Shown: positions 48,501 through 60,002, numbered from the whole stretch's first letter. The stretch is 63,604 nt of DNA, filler included, from Lenisia limosa (GCA_001655205.1; 11 parts of 11 records of this genome joined end to end with filler, not necessarily neighbours in it), one strand, 5' to 3'. The notes: a model not told the origin generated them from the sequence alone. Numbers and translations: made by a program.

Positions 48501-48868
48501 CATACTTCCGCTCCACTCTCCGTGTCTCATCACTGACATCCATTATGTGGTCCGTAGTTATACATCCTTATTTTTTTCTCATCTCTCTCTCTCTATTTAA
48601 TATGTACATAGTACTACTATTATATGTACAAGCTTGACCTACATATTTTCCAAAAGGGAAATCTAAACCTATCACGGTCAATGGATATGACATATTATTT
48701 GAAATCTGATTCTTTTGGTACTGACTCATTTGATGATTGTTCTACATTAACCCCTTCATTAAATAGGGTAAAACTTGCCTCAACAGTGCTACTTACTTCA
48801 CCCGCCATTTGCATATCGCGAAGTATCTTCTTGAAAATGGTGCCGACATTAACAACGCTGGCGATGAT
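45524..48868 (+). CDS. Ankyrin-repeat protein, one repeat per exon; 3' end not resolved
   Basis: Putative start exon MSSVPYEDQEM, then phase-0/0 exons 45661-45756, 46251-46349, 46662-46760, 47151-47249, 47658-47759, 47914-48012, 48297-48395, 48767-48868 (96-102 nt), e.g. ERTPLSYASDSGHLNVVKYLIEKGADINKGDID. Confidence 0.92.
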
Positions 48869-49533
48869 GTAGGGAACTGGGTGACTCATCTTAATCCATA
48901 CTTACATATGTAGAATGATTGGGTGAATTAATATTATACATTTCTCATTAGCGTGATGACGGCTTCGGCCAGATACTATAATGTAATATCTCTTATAAGC
49001 GTGATTGCGTGGACGGCTTTACAACCTATTATAACGCTCTCAGTTCAGAAAACTGGCTCTATTGAAGTCTGAGATAATGTGTTTATTTTTCTATTCTATT
49101 GTGATATTTACCCTTACTCAATTTTCACTGTTTTTGAACAAACAAAAAAAAAAGAAGCCCAGCCACCTTTACAAGTTACTTTTACGTATTGTATGATATG
49201 TTTCTGGCGGTACCCAAGTATAAATATTACTTGAAGTATCATCAATTTATTTTTAAACGAAATTACTCATCTTAAATCAGTGTGCCCCGTCCATGGTGGC
49301 CATTTGTAGAGACTACCGCTAATCGTTTCTTGTACGGACTCCCAGCGCAGGGAGACTTTCCACACTTCTTTTTGGTTTTTGTTGGGTTTCGTATCTTGTG
49401 GTGCTTTGTTTGGTACTCCGCTTTTACCTTTTTTTATGGTATATGATATTGTTTTTATATGGTACTCCCCCTTTTTTTATAGTATTCTCTTTTTCGTGAC
49501 CATAGATTGTATTTATTAGTGTATTTTCCAAGA

Positions 49534-49644
49534 CAGTTTTTAATGTAGTGACAGAGGACAAATGGGAACGTGCTGCTTTTAGTGTACAAATGCTCTTAAA
49601 AGCAGCATGTTCCCATTTCTCCTCTATCACAACATTAGAAACTG
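49534..49644. mobile_element. 111-bp imperfect foldback with CAGT termini (MITE-like)
   Basis: CAGTTTTTAATGTAGTGACAGAGGACAAATGGGAACGTGCTGCTTTTA...TAAAAGCAGCATGTTCCCATTTCTCCTCTATCACAACATTAGAAACTG; no clear TSD. Confidence 0.65.
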
Positions 49645-49889
49645 CCCCCTTCTTGTTATGAAACAAAACAGCAAAATCAACTCTGTTGGCTGACAACACA
49701 CAAGGGTTGATAACGACAAAACAAACAAAACCCAAGCGAGATACAGGGGACTTAGAACGTAGAGCGAAGGTCATTGCCTCTCACCAGCATAAAGTAACTC
49801 CCCCCCCCTCTTGTCAAGAAACAAAAAAAGCCCCAAAACAAGTTCGAAAAGCCAAAAAATACATATTATACAGACCTACGACTTAGCCA

Positions 49890-52304
49890 CCTTCTTACAC
49901 ACCACAAACAAACTTCTCACAAGCTCTTTCAGCTCCGCCGCCACCGTCTTCCGCAGTGGGTTGACCGTGGAAATCAAGAGCTGGGGAGGGGGGGTTATAC
50001 ACTATCATCTAAGGGGGGGGGGATAAAATAGGAATATTTATGAAATAAAGAAAAGCCCAAATCAGCTCTGTTGGCTGACAACACAAAAGGGTTGGGGTAA
50101 AACGAAGGAAATTCGATGAAGGAAAGTGGCGTAAAGGCATCTATCACGAACCGAATAATCTGAAGCTCCATGAAAACACACACCCACACACAAAACAAAC
50201 AAACAAAAAAAAATTAAAAATATAAACAAGAAATGACAAAAACAATCTACCTTCATTTAAACTAGACAAACCACAGGACGGATTAAGGAACTGAGCAGAG
50301 ATCTCAATGAAGAAACAGCAACAGCAGCAAAAAAAAAAAAAAAAAAANNNNNNNNNNNNNNNNNNNNNNNNNNNNNNNNNNNNNNNNNNNNNNNNNNNNN
50401 NNNNNNNNNNNNNNNNNNNNNNNNNNNNNNNNNNNNNNNNNNNNNAAAATTGAAAATAAAATTATAATAATAAAAAGGAGTAGCAGCAGTATCGAGCAGG
50501 ATCATTAATAGTCGTACTTTGAAATATGGGCTGGTTTTACTGATCTCATCTTGAGCCTCAAGAATGGCATCGATTGTTCTTCTGATTTCGTCGTTCTACA
50601 GCGTGAGTAATGAAAAAGTACTTGTTCACAAGAGACCAAAATATCGATATTTTTCGAGGTTTATTGATATTTTTGAAGAAATAATCACCCTCCCACATTA
50701 TTCTCTCCACTTGCTTTTGCGAGGGCCTCGACCGCGTCGCCGACTGTGGCTGCGGGGAGTAAAACGAAGTAAATTTCAATGCAGAATAGTGGTGTTAAGG
50801 TACTAATCACGATGGAAAAATAGAAAATTAATGAAACAAAACACAAAAAAAAAAAGAAGCCCAAATCAACTCTGTCGGCTGACAGCATACAAGGGTTGAT
50901 AACAACAAACACAAAACAAAGCCCTAGTCGCTTCTGCAGCACCGCAGCGAAACGAAGGAAATTTATGAAACAAAACGGATAAAAATATGAAACAAACAAA
51001 ACAAAACAAAACTCTATTTGCAAAACATTTGAGTAACACACGAGTCATAGAGATGGAAGGAAAAAACCAAAATTGGCCATTAATGGCTTACCAAATGCTG
51101 TTTCTTTCTTCTCTTTCTCCTTTTCCTCTTCCTCCTTTTCTTCAACTTTCTCTTCCTCTTCTTTCTTCTCTTCAAAAACCTTTTCTTCTTCTTCTTCTTC
51201 CTTCTTCTCTTCGACAACCTTTTCTTCTTCTTCTTCTTCCTTCTTCTCTTCGACAACCTTTTCTTCTTCTTCTTCCTTCTTCTCCTCTTTCTTCTCTTCT
51301 ACAACTTTCTCCTCTTCCTCTTCCTTCTTCTCTTCTACAACTTTTTCTTCTTCTTCTTCCTTCTTCCCCTCTTCACTCTCATCATCACTCTCAACAACCC
51401 TCTTCTTCTTGGGCGTTTTCTTCTCGTCATCCTGGCTTCTTTCCCTCTTTAAATTCCGGTCTTGATGGATCTCAGCTGCCCTCTGCATCTGGCCGATTTT
51501 ACTCTCCAACTCTTCCAATTCCTTGTCCTCTGCGGCGACTTCTTCCTAGACATCGTGAAGAACGTGAATTGTAGCGTAACAATCACCAGAAAATATCGAC
51601 AGTTTTCGATGATTTATCGAGAAATTCCGTCTTTTTTCGAACCGAAGTGAAGCCCTTCTTATGTTAAAACCAACAAGGGGTTGTTGTAAGGGCACGACAT
51701 CACTATTACAGAGAGATGAGAAATAAAAAGGTTGTAGCCAGGGCTTCACTCCGACCACGAAAATGACTCAATTTCTCGATAAAACATCGATATATTTCGA
51801 AATGCTGTGCCTGAGAGAACCCCTAGTTGTATCCACCCTATCAGAGATAAGATTCATGTACAATATGTTTACATGTTGTATTTGGCCAACGCCGTCACCC
51901 CCCTCTTCTCTCTTTCTCTCTTTCCTTCCCACTCTCACCCCCCTCCCCCCTCCCTCGGGCACCTTCAAGTGACGGAAGACCTTCTTGGCTTGTTGCTTAA
52001 CTACGGCGGCGATCGATTCGCTCCGGATAAGAGGCTGGAGAATCTTGCCTAATATGGTAAGTGCAGGGAAGAGGATTAAGAAAGCCTTCACTTCGGGATG
52101 AAAAATCCCGGTAAAATTTCGATAATTTTCGAAAAAGTCGGTCTTTTTTTGAACCTAGGAATAAGTTAATAAACCCATGCCTCTTCTTACAAATCCGTCT
52201 TGCATCATATACCCCCAAACCGATCTTGGTTTCCCTGATGGTGTTCTTTGACCAGGTCGCATCCTCAAGAATCTGCATACACGCCAGCATTTTGCTCTCG
52301 CTTT
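49890..52304 (-). CDS. Hypothetical nuclear protein: TFIIS-N/Med26-like helical segment, Glu/Lys-rich repeat linker; ends not resolved
   Basis: Exons 52191-52304, ~51964-52028, 51090-51545, ~50696-50749, ~50517-50594, ~50251-50290, ~49890-49980. MLACMQILEDATWSKNTIRETKIGLGVYDARRI|CKILQP...KQQAKKVFRHLK resembles L..L...T.E.L.ETKIG..V..LRK...AK.LI..WK; basic KKTPKKKR motif. Confidence 0.5.
51100..51370 (-). repeat. Coding tandem repeat (EEKKEEEEEKVV)n
   Basis: About 30-36 bp purine-rich units TTCTTCTTCTTCCTTCTTCTCTTC(G/T)ACAAC(C/T)TT, 5-6 copies. Confidence 0.9.
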
Positions 52305-52541
52305 CTACAGAACATTAAAGGCTGAAGTAGGATTTTTTTTGAAAAAAATGCTGATCATCAACTTCGGCTGACAACACACGAGGGTTCAAAACACAAACAA
52401 AACCCAGGCCCGTCGCTTTCACAGCACCGCACAACATTGTGAGCAATCTTCGGTCCTGGGGACTGAAATCCTCGATAAATCCTCGATATATTTGGGGTTC
52501 CAAGAAGCAGAAAAAAACCGACACACACGCAAGGTACCCCC

Positions 52542-52584
52542 CATCGCATCGCATCGCATCGCATCGCATCGCATCGCATCGCAT
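52542..52584. repeat. Microsatellite (CATCG)8.6
   Basis: Perfect pentamer array. Confidence 0.95.
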
Positions 52585-53682
52585 ACACACACATTACATC
52601 CCCCCTCCCCCTCATCCCACGGGATCTCAGAGCCTCNNNNNNNNNNNNNNNNNNNNNNNNNNNNNNNNNNNNNNNNNNNNTTAATTAATTAANNNNNNNN
52701 NNNNNNNNNNNNNNNNNNNNNNNNNNNNNNNNNNNNAAAAAAAAAAACCAAGCTATAACAAAAACGAGCAACCAACGCTTAGCGGAGGAAATATCAAACA
52801 AAACAAAACGGGCAGTGGAAAATACAAATAAAAACCAAATCATCAGGTATTTACTTTGATGGGCTAAAGAGGCCTACCCTCTCTACATACACCACACTGG
52901 GCACCACCAGGGCCTCCATTCGGCCCGAAAAAGACAGGTAAAATATCGATATTTATTGAGGATTTATCAGTCTTTTTTGGGACCGTGGGGAAGCTTTCGA
53001 TACTATCCATAATATTTGATAAAATATTAGTATTATTTGTAGATTGTAAATACCTTCCCTTCTTTCTTATCTTAATTATTATATCCCCACTCAACCCTCG
53101 TGTGTTGTCAACTAACAGAGTTGATTTGGGCTTTTTCTGTGATACATAAATTTTCATCCCCCCCCCCCCCCCNNNNNNNNNNNNNNNNNNNNNNNNNNNN
53201 NNNNNNNNNNNNNNNNNNNNNNNNNNNNNNNNNNNNNNNNNNNNNNNNNNNNNNNNNNNNNNNNNNNNNNNNNNNNNNNNNNNNNNNNNNNNNNNNNNNN
53301 NNNNNNNNNNNNNNNNNNNNCCAGGCGTCCGCGGCGGCAGTGCGAGGAACAATTGTCCCTTCACGGCCTATAGGGGGAGGGGGGTGAAACCAAGGAAATT
53401 TCGATTAAGAATATTGGCGTAAAAAGATACGTGAAACTTTTGAAACAAAAAAGCCCAAAATCAACTCTGATGGTTGACAACACANNNNNNNNNNNNNNNN
53501 NNNNNNNNNNNNNNNNNNNNNNNNNNNNNNNNNNNNNNNNNNNNNNNNNNNNNNNNNNNNNNNNNNNNNNNNNNNNNNNNNNNNNNNNNNNNNNNNNNNN
53601 NNNNNNNNNNNNNNNNNNNNNNNNNNNNNNNNNNNNNNNNNNNNNNNNNNNNNNNNNNNNNNNNNNNNNNNNNNNNNNNNNN

Positions 53683-53990
53683 AATCAGACGGTACAGCGA
53701 ACATGCCTCGTATTTGCGGCTGTGCTGGTAGAGGTTCTACAAGGTAACGTGTGTCATAATATTGTACATAGTATATTATATATTATGTATTATGTATAGA
53801 GATGAGAAATAAAACATTTAAGGCGTCCCTATGGTCTGTCCGGTGAAATCTCTCGAGGATTTTGTCATGCAATTTAGTCTTCTCTACCTTTCATCAGAAC
53901 CACCACCGAACCTGGACGATAGCAGCGTAAATTTCAGGGAGTTCCAGAGGGACCTTGCGGACAATTTGAGACCGACCGTCAACGGGGTGT
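53683..53990 (+). CDS. Hypothetical protein fragment
   Basis: QTVQRTCLVFAAVLVEVLQ|EPPPNLDDSSVNFREFQRDLADNLRPTVNG joins in phase 1 (donor GTAACG, acceptor CATCAG). Confidence 0.4.
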
Positions 53991-54267
53991 TTCTCTGGAT
54001 AGTTAAAATCATCATACGTATGTATGTTTATGGAAAGTACCATTCGTTTCTTCATATTTATAGGAATCTTTTCATATCAGTGAGAATCTTCATATTGATG
54101 TGTTTATTGATACCTGGCCGAAGCCGTCAACACCATCACGCTGTTAAGAGATATTAGTGAACCTTCATATTAATGGGTATTTTTCTTGATTGTTAAGTAT
54201 CCTAATGGTTGCTTTTCTTCAAAATAGTGATTTGGGAGCAAGAATAAAAAATCTAGGAACACAACTA

Positions 54268-54362
54268 GGGCTTCACTTCGGTTCAAAAAAAAATGAATTT
54301 CTCGATAAATCCTCGAAAACTATCGATATTTTACCAGTGTTTTTCGAACCGACGTGAAGACC
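54268..54362. mobile_element. MITE family A copy
   Basis: TA|GGGCTTCACTTCGGTTCAAAAAAAA...TTTTTCGAACCGACGTGAAGACC. Confidence 0.8.
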
Positions 54363-54469
54363 TGGACACAAGCNNNNNNNNNNNNNNNNNNNNNNNNNNN
54401 NNNNNNNNNNNNNNNNNTTAATTAATTAANNNNNNNNNNNNNNNNNNNNNNNNNNNNNNNNNNNNNNNN

Positions 54470-57400
54470 NNNNTACTTCACTACCCCCGAGTCTTTCGTT
54501 GCCACCCCCCTTGGAAAACCCCAAATCTGCGAGTGGGAGGGCTGGCTTATTGGCCCATAGATTCAACTCCAACACCCGTGAATCATTTGACACTACATAC
54601 TGAGGAATTTTCGCATATTCACATCGGATATTGCTTGGAGGATTTTGGCCGTTCAATCTTTACCAAGTGAATCTCTGGGCTTGTATTGCGGGGTAGCTTT
54701 TCTGCCCCCTTTTTGGAGCCTTTCCTCATCTTGCTTGGCTAATTGAACCTAGTGAGCATTTTCACAGACAATTCTGTTTTTCAGTAACGCATTAAATTTT
54801 GTTTCCCGCCCAATTATAATAAAAAAAAGAAAATTCTCCTCAACCTCCCCCCCCCCCNNNNNNNNNNNNNNNNNNNNNNNNNNNNNNNNNNNNNNNNNNN
54901 NNNNNNNNNNNNNNNNNNNNNNNNNNNNNNNNNNNNNNNNNNNNNNNNNNCCTTCATTTTGGAGAGACACAACGGCGAGCTGCGTCCAATGAACAAAAGT
55001 TTGTCCAATTGCGGCCTAATGTTACAATCAGCATTTTTGAATTCTTCCACGAAACTGAAGTGAAGTGCAAAGTAACATTATCTAGAAAATATGGCCCTCA
55101 CCTCTGATTAGGTGCTTTTTTTTTTGCTGGAGAATTTCAGACATTTTTGGTTCCAAAGGGATCCCCCTACCCATCTCCAACCAATGTAGATACGCATCTT
55201 ACCGGAGTTCTTGGTTTGAGCAAGATGAAGCAGGATTGGTGAGGGGGTCTTGGTTTGAGCAAGATGAAGGATTGGTGAGGGTCTTGGTTTGAGCAAGATG
55301 AAGCAGGATTGGTGAGGGGTCTTGGTTTGAGCAAGATGAAGCAGGATTGGTGAGGGGGTCTTACAATCTGCCTTTAACGTGCCACCAGAATCGTTTGAAT
55401 CATTCCAACGCACGTTCATGGTGTCAATTGAGCTACTGTCATAATAAATTCGCATTTTCACCCAATAGTGGCACCCTGTCAGCCACCAATAAGACATACT
55501 CCTCGAGCCTCAACAATGCCTTCCATGTCATTATGGCAAATAAGGACTTTGTAAGGGGCTTATCATGGCTATTACAGTTCAAGGCTTTAAAAACAGTGTT
55601 TTACTCCCCCCCCCCCCCNNNNNNNNNNNNNNNNNNNNNNNNNNNNNNNNNNNNNNNNNNNNNNNNNNNNNNNNNNNNNNNNNNNNNNNNNNNNNNNNNN
55701 NNNNNNNNNNNNNNNNNNNNNNNNNNNNNNNNNNNNNNNNNNNNNNNNNNNNNNNNNNNNNNNNNNNNNNNNNNNNNNNNNNNNNNNNNNNNNNNNNNNN
55801 NNNNNNACAAACAGCGTCTTCCCTCGGAAGAAGTGGGGGGGTATGAGTATCACATCACTAACCAGCCTGGTGGTGTGTCGTCTAAACTACATGTCTAATA
55901 TCATATATTTATTCTGTGTATACAGCCCTCCTCCTTTGTAATAACGTTTCAGCTTGCCACTGTTCTCCTGAGAAGATCCCTCGAGATCCATGCTCTCAAG
56001 CGTGGTATCAACCCTGCCGTCATCCTCTCCCTCCCCGGTACGCCTGAGGTAAAACAGATTATAACTCAAGGAATCATCATTCTATATAATATATCGATAT
56101 ATGTATATTAATATGATATGTAAATTATATAAAATACATAAAACATATCATATGTTTAAAAGGAAAATTAAAACCAATAGCTACAGCTATCCTTGGCGGT
56201 ACAACCTGTTTTTAGATGACAAAGAGAAATTGAATCAATCAGTTCATCTAAATAAAAGCATTCTCTCAATGTCTCACTGTTGAGCTTACTGTCGTATTCA
56301 CCTCATTATACTTCCAGATTCCCCCACGGAGTTCCCCTCCCCCTGTGTCACCGTCATCTCAACCGAGGTCATCTCCGCTGCTTATTCGGTGGGAGATTGG
56401 AAGCTTTGTGGCTTATTCTGTTTAAATGAAATTTATGCACCGCATCTCACTCAAACCAGGTACAAAATGATCCGCAAAACGACCCGCAAACTGAGCAAGT
56501 GGTTGGCAGAGATAAATTATTTATTTTTCTAAAAGTGTGGGGAGCTTTACTCATGTTTTTCTCTCCTGTTTTTACATTGTTTTTCTGGGTTGCTTTTTAT
56601 TATTATTTTTTTTATTCATTGATTCTTATTTTATTTTATTTTTTGCTTGTTGCATTATTTTTCCATCGTATTTTTGGGTGATTGTATGTGCTTCGCAACA
56701 TAGCAAGCAGGATGCTCGCTTCTTAGTTCCAAGTTGCTGTCAGCGAAACTCCGGAACTGTCCGGTTTTTCTTCGAAACCGAAGCCCTCACTCCAAAGCAA
56801 AGAATTCAATAGAGAAAGGTATCTGAGAGGGCACGGAACCGGCTTACAAGTGATGAAGACGAACAGTAGCATCGGGAACTTCTTGTGGTTGGAGCAATAT
56901 GTGTCAACAAAAACAAAATATGACCAAATGGTGCATTCATTCGCTAATAAAAAAAAGAACACCCTTTTTCAGTCTGTTGAGGATCCCAACATCCTTTCAG
57001 TAGAAGGATGCAGCGGGTGTCGACGTGAGTGGCAGGATGGAAGTTTCTTCTGGACAGAGTGAAGACGATCCAGGGTACCTAAGGCAAAGAAATCAACAAA
57101 CATTCGCACCTGATGCTCAGGTAAGTCAAAGACGTACAGTTCTTGTACCCACTACGCCCTGTAAAATATAGGAAAATGGAAATATATGTGGGCGTTACGG
57201 GGGAATTTTCTACAAACCAGAAAAGAAAACCTGCCTGAAATACATGGTACGTATTATGGTTTATGGTAGAATTTGGATGTTATGGTCCTGATTATTGATA
57301 TGCGGTTCAAAAAATAATAATAACAACACAATGGAGGAGTGATCGTGGTGGTGAAAAACAAAAATAGTAAGCTCCTTGTCACCTTTTTGGAAACAGTGTA

Positions 57401-57931
57401 GTCATCAAGGGAGAGTTCAGTTGGGTGAACAATGGTTGGAAGAACTGAATGTGAGGTCACCCCCCACCACCACTCTCGCGAGCTTTTGCTTGGCAACATT
57501 GGAAGGAAAGGGCCGTTGGGAAGAGGAAGAGGGAAGCATGGCTCAGCCTGCATCCTCTTGTCTGCGATATTCTACACTGTGAGATCACACAGGTAAATTA
57601 TTTTCGAATGGTATCCTTATCCAGTCGTTATTCCAGCTCCCAACAGTCGAACTTCCGACGCACATTGCATCCTCGGTGTCAACTCCACATAGGGCCGGAG
57701 ATCCTCCCAAACTTGAAGATTCACTTGATTGCTTTTGATTGTTTTTAATTTAGTTACTTTTTTGGAGAATAACGTAGTATCAACTATTCCAAACCCCCTC
57801 CTGCTGAGACGAGTTGCCGTCTTGGTGAGGTGGATGTTGACTTGGGTGTTGTCGGTGTTGAACCCCACGCACTCGTCCAAGTGGACGGCATCGGCACCAA
57901 GGTGAAGGCAGAGTACTAAGGCAGTATACAT
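54470..57931 (-). CDS. Exon-like blocks of one or more hypothetical genes
   Basis: Blocks such as LHLGADAVHLDECVGFNTDNTQVNIHLTK, VSKK|GVVGTRT|VPWIVFTLSRRNFHP, RTGEGEDDGRVDTTLESMDLE and TWKALLRLEEYVLLVADR with GT/AG ends; chain not fully in phase. Confidence 0.3.
55209..55362. repeat. Tandem repeat, 4 x about 39 bp, abutting a donor
   Basis: TCTTGGTTTGAGCAAGATGAA(GCA)GGATTGGTGAGGG(G)G units; minus-strand GTAAGA donor at 55364. Confidence 0.9.
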
Positions 57932-58204
57932 AAGAGCCTAATTATCATATTACAAACCATAAACGGTTAAGATTTCATGGGATGCGAGAAAAATCAAATG
58001 AAAGGATGCCGAACAACATTCATAAATTAAAAAAAATCACACAATAAAAATGAAAGAACCTTTTTTCTATTTCTCAGTATACAGTATGATACACCTAATT
58101 ACTCACTTTGTAACTGTTCCTCTCTCTTTTTTTCATTTTTAGTGTGATTATGATCAACATCTCATGTTAATTATGCTTTGTCTCCTCATTTGACCGCCTT
58201 TCAG

Positions 58205-58911
58205 ACCAGTTCCCTCCCCATTGGGCTCTCTTCTGAGGCTTATCTTCCTGGTAAGCATTGGGCTTTGTCTTGCTTTGATCCTATAATAGCGCTAAAAGAA
58301 TCTATTGATTTTAAGAGTAAATGCCGAATTCTGTGTCTCTTTGATTTGGGATCAAAGGGAGCTGGGGTTTTTCATTTGGTCTCCTTTTTTGGGAGTGCTG
58401 TTTAAAATTTTGATCCCTTGTTTGGTATTCTTCTTATTTCTTAGGTACCCATGTTCGCAAGCTTATTCGCACTAAACATGGTAAGTCGTGGTTTATCAGA
58501 TTTATCCAGACAACTCCACCCCCACCCCCAACACACACATACACACAATGATGTTAATTACGTTAGCTTCGTGTAGGTCCGTTAATTCTCGAAAACAACC
58601 TAATATATTATCATATAGTGTGATATATTATCCCTAATTATTCAATATAGCTTGTGTAAATCCCTTTTTGATAAATTACCAATTTTGTCTTATTTATTTT
58701 CCCTGGATTTATTGCTTGCGGGACTGACCTGTTCAGCACCGGCGAAGCTGCATGAAGTCAAAATCAAAAAGATTGTGAAAAGAAAAAAGAAGGTCTAGTC
58801 TGTATCATGGTAACATAGGTTTTTTTGAGATTATGTAGAGCTTCTTCCACCAATATTATTGTGACTTTTCTGTGCTGACTTTCCTGTGATATATCACAGC
58901 TGAATCAGTGA
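58205..58911 (+). CDS. Small basic hypothetical protein (3' exons)
   Basis: Exons 58205-58250, 58445-58480, 58737-58792, 58900-58911 in phase with strong donors (GTAAGC, GTAAGT): TSSLPIGLSSEAYLPGTHVRKLIRTKHAPAKLHEVKIKKIVKRKKKLNQ*. Confidence 0.45.
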
Positions 58912-59057
58912 CTTTGGACCCCATACGGTGACTTTCACCCTTTGTACAATCAAATTCGAACTCTTTATTTTTCCAAATATTCCAATTCTCTGGAACCTTC
59001 CTCGATGTTCGTCAGCAAACATGCAATACATAAATAAATAAATACCGTGGAAGATGG

Positions 59058-59579
59058 TTACATCTTGGACTGGAGGCCCTTCATCATAGCGCCGGTCATT
59101 TCATCGAGAGGGAAGTCGGGGTTCCATCCCCAGTCCTCACTAGCAAGGTCAGTGACATCATAGGTTGTGGAACTGTTGCAAACACAAAAGAGCAGCTAGA
59201 CATAGCACCCTTGTCACAATAACAAAAGGCACCCGCCCAATGGGTTTGGAGACAATCTTTACACCCCCCACCGGGCGCGAGTGTCATCAAGAGCATCAGG
59301 CCAAGAAGAGGCAATGCCTTGGCGGAAGTCAGGCTCGCAGGTCAGCTTGAAGTCTACACGGGTCAGTCTAGTCGTTCATTGTCCAATGACGATCTAAGAA
59401 GCTCATTCAGCCCACCAGGGATAACCTTCTTGATGGAGTTCTCGAAGTCCTTGGGGGTGGCAGAGAAGCCGGTGACGTTGTAGGTTCGAAGGGAGAGCTT
59501 CTCGTTGGGGGCCTCGAGGAAGTCAATGGTGGCCTTGAGGCAATCGTCCATGTACATGATGGGGAGGGGTTCGTCCTCA
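59058..59579 (-). CDS. TDH: L-threonine 3-dehydrogenase (extended SDR / NAD-dependent epimerase family), C-terminal part; 5' part lost at contig end
   Basis: Exons 59416-59579, 59272-59353, 59058-59139: EDEPLPIMYMDDCLKATIDFLEAPNEKLSLRTYNVTGFSATPKDFENSIKKVIP|DFKLTCEPDFRQGIASSWPDALDDTRAR|EDWGWNPDFPLDEMTGAMMKGLQSKM*. Confidence 0.9.
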
Positions 59580-59890
59580 CTGCGCTGTTAGAGGTTCTGA
59601 GGTTTCTGGCTTTCCACCCTCTCTGGAAACAAAGCCCAAGTCCCCCCCCCCCCCNNNNNNNNNNNNNNNNNNNNNNNNNNNNNNNNNNNNNNNNNNNNTT
59701 AATTAATTAANNNNNNNNNNNNNNNNNNNNNNNNNNNNNNNNNNNNNNNNNNNNGGGGGGGGGGGGGGTTAAGGCGCGAATAAAAAAGTATGATATTATT
59801 CACAATGTAAAATATAGTATACTATATGTCTGTATAGTATATCATTATATAGTATATCATATAGTATATTATACTATAATATATCATATA

Positions 59891-59957
59891 CAATGACTGG
59901 GATCTTGACCAATTTTTCCTTGGGAAATCACACGGGCAGGACTTACCCCAGTCACTG
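59891..59957. mobile_element. MITE family D, shortest copy, defines CA(G/A)TGAC termini and TA flanks
   Basis: TA|CAATGACTGGGATCTTGACC...GGGCAGGACTTACCCCAGTCACTG|TA. Confidence 0.8.
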
Positions 59958-60002
59958 TATATCATATACTGTATCATTTGGTAACTGAATATTAATAACC
60001 CA

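Noticed and set aside
49270-49980. Smr domain (LDFHG ... AVVSTNGHH) at the end of the Glu/Lys-rich gene
   Set aside because: The two motifs could not be joined by a convincing in-phase exon chain, the second frame stops too early for a full Smr fold, and another frame looks equally coding.
51073-51574. Plus-strand Ser/Phe- and Leu-rich ORFs (130-195 aa)
   Set aside because: They are reverse-strand and alternate-frame readings of the purine-rich Glu/Lys repeat exon on the minus strand.
52315-52692. MRCDA/HRIAS repeat ORFs
   Set aside because: They are translations of the (CATCG)n microsatellite and adjacent family A/B fragments.
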